From Callorhinchus milii (Eukaryota): 60,000 nucleotides of DNA. The notes below the pieces were generated by a model. It was given only the letters and a program-made list of their open reading frames with translations, had not been told where the DNA came from and did not search any database. Below are positions 52,135 through 60,000 of this stretch, in pieces. Where the stretch lies: the NCBI RefSeq assembly GCF_018977255.1, contig NW_024704743.1, forward strand, positions 57,538,001-57,598,000, in the 5' to 3' direction. A program made the translations under genes and the position numbers. Each line of letters starts with the position of its first letter. Position 1 is the first letter of the stretch.

Positions 52135-52695
52135 CATAGAATATAATTGCATAGGACATTACAGCACAGAAACAGCCTATCTAACCTAATAGTCGGTTCT
52201 GGTGTTCAAACTCCACATGAGCCTCAAGCCCTCCTATCCCTCTCTCCTGCATTGCTCTCCCAAGCCCCTCTGTTCCCTTCTACCTCATGTATGCATCAAG
52301 GTTTGTCTTAAGTATGTTGATGGTTTCTGCTTTGACCACAGCTTCTGACAGTGAGTTCCACATTCTCACCACTCTCTGCATAAAGAAGTTCCTCCTAAAC
52401 TCCCTTTTAGATTTAGCATGTATGAGGGTTTCGGTGGCCTGCAGTGTGAGACAGTGGTGGGGCCGGGCGACATTGCGGAGGTGCGGGAAGGCAGAGCGGG
52501 TCATGGCACAGATGTGGAGTAGAAAGGATAGTTGAGGGTCAAACAAGACCCCAAAGTTCCGGACTGGCTTAGTAAGGTGGAGTGTGCAACCATGGATGGT
52601 GATGCTGAGATGAGGAGGCGCTGACGGGAGCCAATCAGGACAGCTTCAGGCGGTTAACGTTCAACTGAAGAAAGTTAGCTCTCATCCAGGATTTG
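52135..52695 (-). mobile_element. CR1 3' end (52135-52417) joined to an L2 ORF2 fragment (52416-52695)
   Basis: A single reading frame: FDPQLSF..HLRNVAR..ATETLIHA (L2) followed by KSKREFRRNFFMQRVVRMWNSL..LDAYM (CR1). Confidence 0.85.
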
Positions 52696-53784
52696 ATTAT
52701 TATTATATTAGTGAATGCAAGGATTATTAGAGAGGAAATGTGCTCCTCTCAACAGATTCAGGTCTACTGCAGTCCATTGCGCTTACTGAGCATGTCAAAG
52801 GACAATTGAAAGCTGTCCAAACGACAGTAAAAGTCAATTACCAGTTGCAGCCAGAATTGAACTTGCAGCCCTTCTGGGACCTGACCAAACAATATTTATT
52901 TTATAGAGAAAGATTTTTGGGGGGCACTGTTGTAATACAATTTACACTTAGTGCCTTTCATGTGAGGAAGATGTCTTAAAGGACTTGACAATGGCTGCTT
53001 GGCACCCAAGCTTGGGGAGGAAGCTGAGGGTGATGGCAAAGATGTCCTAAACCACAGTCAAAGAGGTATGTTTAGAGGTTTTAGATTGAATATTTGGTGG
53101 TGATTTGTCACAAACACATGTGGTATAAATGGGGACTGAGGCAACAAGAGCTGCACTGGAATCCCAAGCCTATCAAATGCAAGGATTATTATTATTATTA
53201 TAACTCCACCTCGAGTCTCGGGTTCTCTTCAAACCTTAAGGCTATCCAATGGACCACAATAGCATGTTCTGGATCTATACATTTCTATCTACATAATAAT
53301 GTCATTGTGGTATTAGTTCTATTAGAAATCAATTACGCTAAGAACCCACAGACTGCAAAGAGAGTTGTTGTCTGGTGTAATTATAGGTTTGGGCATTTCT
53401 TTCCCCAGAGTTTAAAGAAACTGTACCATCTCAGTGGGTAATCTATTGGAGAAGTGGTGACCACATGGGGTTAATAATTAATATTCCACTGTGTACAAGT
53501 GCTGAATCAGTCAATTTAGAGCAAACATCTTACAAATTCAACCTTGTGTCCTGTGTAAGTCAAAGGTTGACAGCAGAACAGTTTCATTATGCTGTCCAAC
53601 AGCTGCAAGGCTGTCTTGTTATTAAAATATACAGAGTCCCTGTTTTGTTCATAATGAAGTGAAATAAGGAAGGCGCTTCTTTGATTACTAAGGAAAGAGT
53701 GGCGGTATCAATTTAATTTTTGCAAACAAACATGAATTCTCAGTTGATTTGTGGTAGTTATTATGAATATCACCCTTTGATAAA

Positions 53785-54378
53785 AGGGCACGGCTGATGA
53801 CAGACCAACCAGCCTGGCTCCTCAGCAGGACTTGAAGGGGCAGACAAGTCATACAGAGCAGTGATTCTGCTCCAAGTCAACAAAAATCCATCATCAAAAT
53901 CTGACCAAAAACAAAACACTTTGATTAATCTTCCCACTCAAACCCTATTAACCATGCAAGCCAAGCCCTAATGGATAGGGTGGTCCTAGCTAAACAAGCA
54001 GCAGGAAGCTTGTTGTCAATGGCATGCTATGTGGTATTAGCTGTTTAAACTCCAGCAATATAACAATGCACAATTAGGGTCACTAAGCCTTGGCTCTTAC
54101 CAACCTGTGCCTAATATTGTATGGAATTAGGGAAGCATGGTGCGTACCGCCAGAGAGAGAATGTGCATTGCATTCAACAATAAATTACATTTGTATAGCG
54201 CCTTTCACATAGGGAGGATGTCCCAAGGCACTGGACAATCAGGAATTTGGATCGAAGCAGGGGGTTGGGATCAGGGGTCAGGGAGGCTAGTGGCAAAACA
54301 CTCATGGAAATTTCCATGAGCAGATGACATATGGAGGTTGAAATCTCAGTCTGGTTTGGATAGTTTAAGCATGGTGAT
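53785..54378 (+). repeat. Unclassified dispersed repeat, copy Z (interrupted by an L2 3' end on - at about 54176-54295)
   Basis: Collinear with copy X from agggc..gctgatgaca to ctcagt.tggtttggata..catggtgat. Confidence 0.75.
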
Positions 54379-54444
54379 CATCTATCTACTGGGCCAACAT
54401 TGTTACGCAATTACAGTAAGACAGTCACTCTGTATCAAATATTA

Positions 54445-54640
54445 TAACAATAATCCTTGCATTTAATATAATGCCTTATGTCATTGAGGCATCTCAAAGC
54501 GCTTCACAGAATATACTATAAAATGGATTGACTGTGTATTTTGTGGGCAAAATGTGGCAGTCAATTGCACACAGCAGTGTCCCACAAACAGTTATGGATT
54601 GGGTAACCAAATTATTTATTTATTGATTATTAAACCCTTC
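54445..54640 (-). mobile_element. SINE 3' half
   Basis: taatccttgcatttaatata..ctcaaagcgcttcacagaatatact..gtcccacaaacag. Confidence 0.85.
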
Positions 54641-54999
54641 AATGAATAAATAAAGGATAAAACAGAGATTGGTATGTGGGGCTGAAATCTTGAATTAATC
54701 AGATAAAACCCTCATTACATTCAGGAAGAACTTTGGCACAGTAATCCAATAAATATCTATACTTCATTGAGATTAGATTTGTGGGAAGTCGCTGCAAGTA
54801 AGAAATATGCTGGCCCTTTCAACTTCATGTCTGGAATTCCAGGTAGTGATATATCTCAAGACATCACTCTCAGTCCTTTTAAGAAGCCTCTAAAAAGATA
54901 TTTTAGTGTTCATTCTCTGCATAATGCTGCCAAATGCACCTAGCTCAAATCTGATTTAACCGTCCACCGGTAGACCTGACTGTACCCCATAAAAACTTA

Positions 55000-56385
55000 T
55001 TAGTTCGCCCTCGCCTCTGCTAAATCATCCTTCTATTTCAAGGTAAGCTGGGAGGCCAAGGACAACCCCATGCTTCTCTTCTCCACTACCAACTGGCTCC
55101 TCCGTCGTCCCTCTCATGCCTAGCCCATTCCTCCAACTGCGAGGAGATGCTGGATTTCCTCAAGACCAAAATTGAGGGATCCATTCAACCGCCTCCATCC
55201 TCCCAAACACCAACCCCTCCCCATCTCTCCCTCTACACCTTCAAACCTGTCTCCCCCTCCTCTCTCACCACCACTGTAAACCACATGAAACCCACCACCT
55301 GCTCCCTCAACCCCATTCCTACCCCTCTCCATACTTCTCAGCTCTACCTCCTCGCCCCTTTACTTTCAGACCTGATAAACCTCTTCCTGTCAACTGGCAC
55401 CATTTCCATCCCCCTAAAAACAACTGTTATCACTCTCCTTAAAAAAAACTTTCCCTGAACCCATCACTAACTACCACCCCATCTCAAATCTCCCTTTCCA
55501 AGGCCCTTGAAAGAGTTGTTGCTTCACCGTGGTTCTCAGGGCTCTATCCTCGGTCCTCTCCTCTTCAACCTGTACATGTTTCCTTTTGATGACATTATCC
55601 ATAGTCATGGGGTTAACTTCCACATGTACGCAGATGACACCCAAATCTATCTCTTCGTCTCTGCCCTCGACCCCAGGATCACGGATGTCCTGACAGAATA
55701 TCAGCAAGATCGAGGCTCTCTTGATGGGTTCGCGCCAGTGCCTTCACACCTCAGATGCTGACAGCATCAGCATTCACAGATGCACACTTCACCTGACCAA
55801 GTCAATCAGTCAGTAAGCTAGGCATCATTTTCGACCCTCAACTGTCCTTTCTGTCCCACATCTGTGCCATGAACCATTCTACCTTCCCAACCTCCATAAC
55901 ATTGCCTGACTCCGCCACTACCTCACCTCTCAGGCCGCCAAAACCCTCATACATGCCTCCAGGCTCGACTATGCCAACGTTCCTTGTCAGCCTTCCTAAC
56001 TTCCCTCCACAAGCTGCAGATCATCCAGAACTCTGCAGCTCGTTTCCTCTCCTGCACCAGGCTCTGTGAACCCATCACACCCGCCCTCCCCCGGCCCACC
56101 TCACCATCGGTGGTTGGGCATTCAGCCTCTCTGCCCTGACCCTCTGGAACTCCATCCCGCATTCCCTTTGTGTTGCTCTCACCCTTGCCTTCTTCAAGGC
56201 ATGCCTAAAGACCCTTGTTTTCAACCACGCCTTTGGCCATCCTCCTACCCTTTCTGCCTTCTATCCTCCCTGATCCCAACCCACACCGCTCGGGTCCTAA
56301 TCTCTGACTGTTCAGCGCCTTGGGGCATCCTCCCAACGTGAAAGGTGCTTTACAAATGTAATTTTGCATTGTATCTTGTATTGTA
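55000..56385 (+). mobile_element. L2 LINE 3' portion with RT remnants, decayed
   Basis: [46 protein letters not shown] and LQIIQNSAAR; 3' end gcgccttggggcatcctcccaacgtgaaagg..(tgtat)n. Confidence 0.93.
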
Positions 56386-57149
56386 TTATCACTAATAATA
56401 ACATTTATGTTAGTTATAATATTTGAAATCTCTGCGTCCATGCCTTTGGTCAATATCATTAAATCCCATTTCCTTTCTCAGTGTCCATGATTATATTTGT
56501 CAAGAGCATTGAAACTTTCTGTTGCGTGAGAGGTACTATATCAATGCAAATTATTGTTATTGTACTTGGGGACGTGATCATTTCTCAGACTATTAGACCT
56601 GGACCTGCTGGACATCTATGTTTTCTGAACATACAGAGGTCTCCTGGTGGCTTACTGCTTTCCATTTTATATTTTACAAATGACCCATATGTCTCTTTTG
56701 TTTCATTCAATGGACCGACAGCATGAACTGTGATCAGCCATCAGTAATGGGTTTGCCACTGACTGCTACAAGCCGGTATAATTACCAGACAGTGGGACAA
56801 GCTGTTTGGTTTCGATCATACTGCAAAACAGCTGCTGTTGACAATTTGATTCACTGATTGTCTGGTCATAGAAAATCACAGCACTTTCCAATTTTGAAAA
56901 GGTTGGGACGCTAAGATCAGAGAGTGAAACATTTGGGTTAACAGCTTTGAAATCAATGAACTATGAAGAAAATTGTTTTAAAAAGCACAACAGCTTGTCT
57001 TCCCCAGTTCTGGTTGGACAACAGATATATTCTAATTATCAAGCATAATACAAAACGATGTCTAAATGTAATCCATGTAAATCATTACTAGTGTATTAGA
57101 TCTCTTTATAATACACTTGGCTTTTATTCAAATAACCTCTTTTTATTTT

Positions 57150-57380
57150 GAAACTGATTGTAATAATGGCGGAGGGATAATTTAATCTGTGCATTATTCT
57201 GAGTCTTATCACTTTGTGATCCATCCTTGCAGTTCTGCTGCATTAAGCAGACAATGCATGAGAATAGCCTTTTAGCATTAATTGTCTACATAATCACTAA
57301 TGTTGCACTTAATATTTTACATAATTGACAATAATTCCGTTTTTGTTTTACAACAGAACGTGATATTTGCCGAGAACTAA
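57150..57380. promoter_or_regulatory. Candidate intronic conserved non-coding element
   Basis: Repeat-free block rich in homeobox-like cores (TAATTTAATC, GCATTAATTG, CATAATTGACAATAATT). Conservation not tested. Confidence 0.3.
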
Positions 57381-57478
57381 AACTCATTTCAATGGGAGGA
57401 ATTTATTTACTATAAATTTTAACCCATTTTCTCCCGTTTACTCCTCCTTCCTCTGGTGAAGGTGGGAGTACATGTTAC

Positions 57479-57840
57479 AATAATAATCCTTGCATTTTAT
57501 ATGGCACCTTACCATGTCTTTGAGATGTCTCAAAGGGCTTCACAGAATATACTGTAAAGTGAATTGACTCTATATTTTGTGGGTGAAACACAGCAGCCAA
57601 TTGTGCACAGCAGTGTCCCACAAATAGTCTGGGTTCAGTGACCAAGTTATTATTTTTAAAAATATATTTTGAAGGGATTTTTATCCTGGAAAAGCGATCC
57701 ACCGGTTCACCAACAACTGGGTTCCTACGTACTGCTTAGGTAAACAGCGAATGTGGAATAAGGAAACTTGGCCAACATTTTGCCCTGCTGGGAATCGAAC
57801 CCACATCCCAATCTTGCCCAAGCTGTAGTTCTTGAGGAGT
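57479..57840 (-). mobile_element. tRNA-Ala-headed SINE, long-middle subfamily
   Basis: Tail, ggaaaagcgatcc middle, aaggaaacttg..gggaatcgaaccc B box. Confidence 0.82.
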
Positions 57841-58051
57841 TAAAAATATCCACGTGTTAACCTGGATAGTGGGGTCTGTCATGGTCCGATCATTAAATTG
57901 ACGATTTTTTGTTAATGAGTTAAAAATGTAAAAAAAATGCCAAATCCTGTGAAGCATCTTGAAATGTCCTGATGTGAAAGGCGCTATCTAAATGTAAAAT
58001 TGTAGTTGTTTTTTCATTATAACTAAATTGTTACTATTTTAGTGATTAACA

Positions 58052-58257
58052 GAGCAGTGACTGTTGGCAGGCTGTTTCACCACAGAGGTCAACGCAACCT
58101 GTCCTCACTCAGACATGCACATGTGCCTACTTTCTAACAAAGGTCACTGGATACTGATCAGGAGCAGGAGCCTTGTTTGATATTTCCCTGAGCCAAGGGG
58201 GTGTTGAGGCCAATTGCAGTACCCGAGAGGCTACCCTGCTGAGAACAGTTAATGCTT
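58052..58257 (-). mobile_element. AmnSINE2-like element (clearest copy)
   Basis: cagtgactgttggcaggctg..cctgtcctcac..ggtcactggatactgatcaggagcaggagcc..gaggccaattg matches the recalled AmnSINE2 reverse complement closely. Confidence 0.7.
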
Positions 58258-58323
58258 TGTACGTGCAACGTTTTTATCTGCATGGTTTAGTTGGAGTATT
58301 TAAAGAGAGTACAAATGAAAGTT

Positions 58324-58500
58324 TAATAATAATCCTTGCATTTGATATTGCGCGTTATCACATATTTGAGACATCTCAAAGCGCTTCACAGAATATACTG
58401 TAAAGTGAATTGACTACATTTTGTGGGCAAAACGCGGCAGCCAATTGCACACAGCAATGTCCCACAAACAGTCGTGGATTGAGCGACCAAATTATTATTA
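58324..58500 (-). mobile_element. SINE 3' half
   Basis: aataataatccttgcatttgata..aacgcggcagccaattg..gtcccacaaacagtcgtggattga. Confidence 0.87.
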
Positions 58501-58793
58501 ACACAATCTGTTCTGAAACTCATTGTTAGATGTGCCTTTGGATGAGATGATCAACTGAGGTCTTGTCTCCATATTCAGGTGGATTTCAAAATCCTATGAT
58601 AAGATTTGAAAATACCAAAAAAAACTGATAAATTGGTCGCTTCATGTTTGTTTGTGAAACTTGCTATGCATAAAGTGACATCAGTGACCACCTGGAAGTC
58701 AGGAAATTTTTCATGCTTTGATTATCACCTGGCCTATGAGATATTGGACCCTGATGATATAATGGGATTACCCTGTACTAGCAATTGATACTT

Positions 58794-59121
58794 GAGTCCG
58801 GTAGCTCAGTGGTTAGAGCACTCGCTTTGCAAGCGAGAGAGCTGAGTTCAATTCCAGGCAGAGGGCGAAACCTTGGGCAAGTTTCCTTACTCCACACAGA
58901 GCCTAATAATAATCCCTCCAAAACCAAAAAAAAAAAAAAAAATTGGTCATTTTCAATCTACGACTGTTTGTGGGACATTGCTGTGCGCATTTGGCTGCCG
59001 CGTTTGCCCACAAATATACAGTCAATTCACTTTACAGTGTGTTCTGTGAAGCGCTTTGGGACGTCCTCCCGACGTGAAAAGCGCTATATCAAATGCAAGG
59101 ATTATTATTATTATTATTATT
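58794..59121 (+). mobile_element. Young tRNA-Ala SINE, full length
   Basis: Same family as 5456; perfect anticodon stem ctcgc-TTTGCAA-gcgag. Confidence 0.93.
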
Positions 59122-59382
59122 GAGACCAGGATAAAGACCATCTTGTTACGAAAGTACCAGGATTTATTTATGTGCTATCTCAGGCAAAACAGAAATATAA
59201 CTGGCATGCAAATGAAGCATGTGTCTCAAGTTAGAAGATTGCGTGTTCAAGCCCCAGGGCAAGACCTGAGCTTATGGTCTAGCCTCACATTCCAAGGCAG
59301 TACAGGGGCAGCACCATAGGTGATAACTTTCTGATAAGGAGTTAAACAGAGATCCTGTCTGCTTGTTTCTAGGTGCACTGTG

Positions 59383-59740
59383 AAGTCCTATAGCTTAGTG
59401 ATTAGAGCACTTGTCTCGCAAGCAAGAGGACCTGGGTTCAATTCCCGGACAAGGTTTATGTTGGGCAAGTTTCCTTACTACACATACCTCTGATTACTTG
59501 GCAGTACGTAGGAACTCAGCTGTTAGTCGATTGGCGGATCGCTTTTCCGGGAATAATAATCCCTCCAAAAAATAAACAATAATTTGGTCACTCGATCCAC
59601 GACTTTTTGTGGGACACTGCTGTACGCAATTGGCTGCCATGTTTCGTCCTAAAAATATACAGTCAATTCACTTTACAGTGTATTCTGTGACTAGAAAATG
59701 TGACATGGCGCTATGTCAAATGCAAGTATTATTATTATAA
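59383..59740 (+). mobile_element. tRNA-Ala SINE (long-middle subfamily) nested in a Deu-SINE (about 59229-59780)
   Basis: Host core ..gttaaacagagatcctgtctgcttg..ggtgc is interrupted and resumes as tttaaaatcccatgaaact. Confidence 0.82.
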
Positions 59741-60000
59741 TACATTTAAAATCCCATGAAACTCCTGATCGTCTTGCCAACAATGAAGCAGGTGGATAGA
59801 ATTCCTGGTCTGAAAGCCTGTTGGGAGTGAGTATTATGGGTCTGAACTTGGTGGAAGGACAGAGGTAGACAGATTGTGGGTACCACACAGAGGCTACTGA
59901 AGTTCCTTCTGTTCCTAAAGCGTAATTACTAAATTATGTCTCTTCCTGCATATTGTGGTCTGGATTTCTGCTACAGTACCATGACTGCAGGTGTAATCTT

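Overview
This is vertebrate genomic DNA, not prokaryotic. It is AT-rich and dense in repeats, and its SINE families point to a cartilaginous fish, most likely the elephant shark Callorhinchus milii or a close relative. The only convincing protein-coding feature is one 160-nt exon on the + strand (45049-45208). It encodes a signal peptide ending ...FGIWDVKAQAEEEFQSVYVWRPG with a phase-1 GT donor, which matches the first coding exon of the THSD7 family (best guess THSD7A). On that reading, about 44 kb of the window is upstream intergenic sequence and the last 15 kb is intron 1. The rest is mostly retroelements: dozens of tRNA-derived SINEs (a Deu-domain family and a younger tRNA-Ala-headed family), AmnSINE2-like and LF-SINE-like relics, and L2 and CR1 LINE fragments. 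There is also a 16-copy 25-bp minisatellite just inside intron 1, a TIR-bounded MITE candidate, an unclassified three-copy repeat of at least 600 bp, possible Harbinger fossils and several repeat-free blocks that look like enhancers. I see no CRISPR array, operon or clearly novel multi-gene system. Family names come from recalled consensus sequences, not database searches, and repeat borders are approximate.
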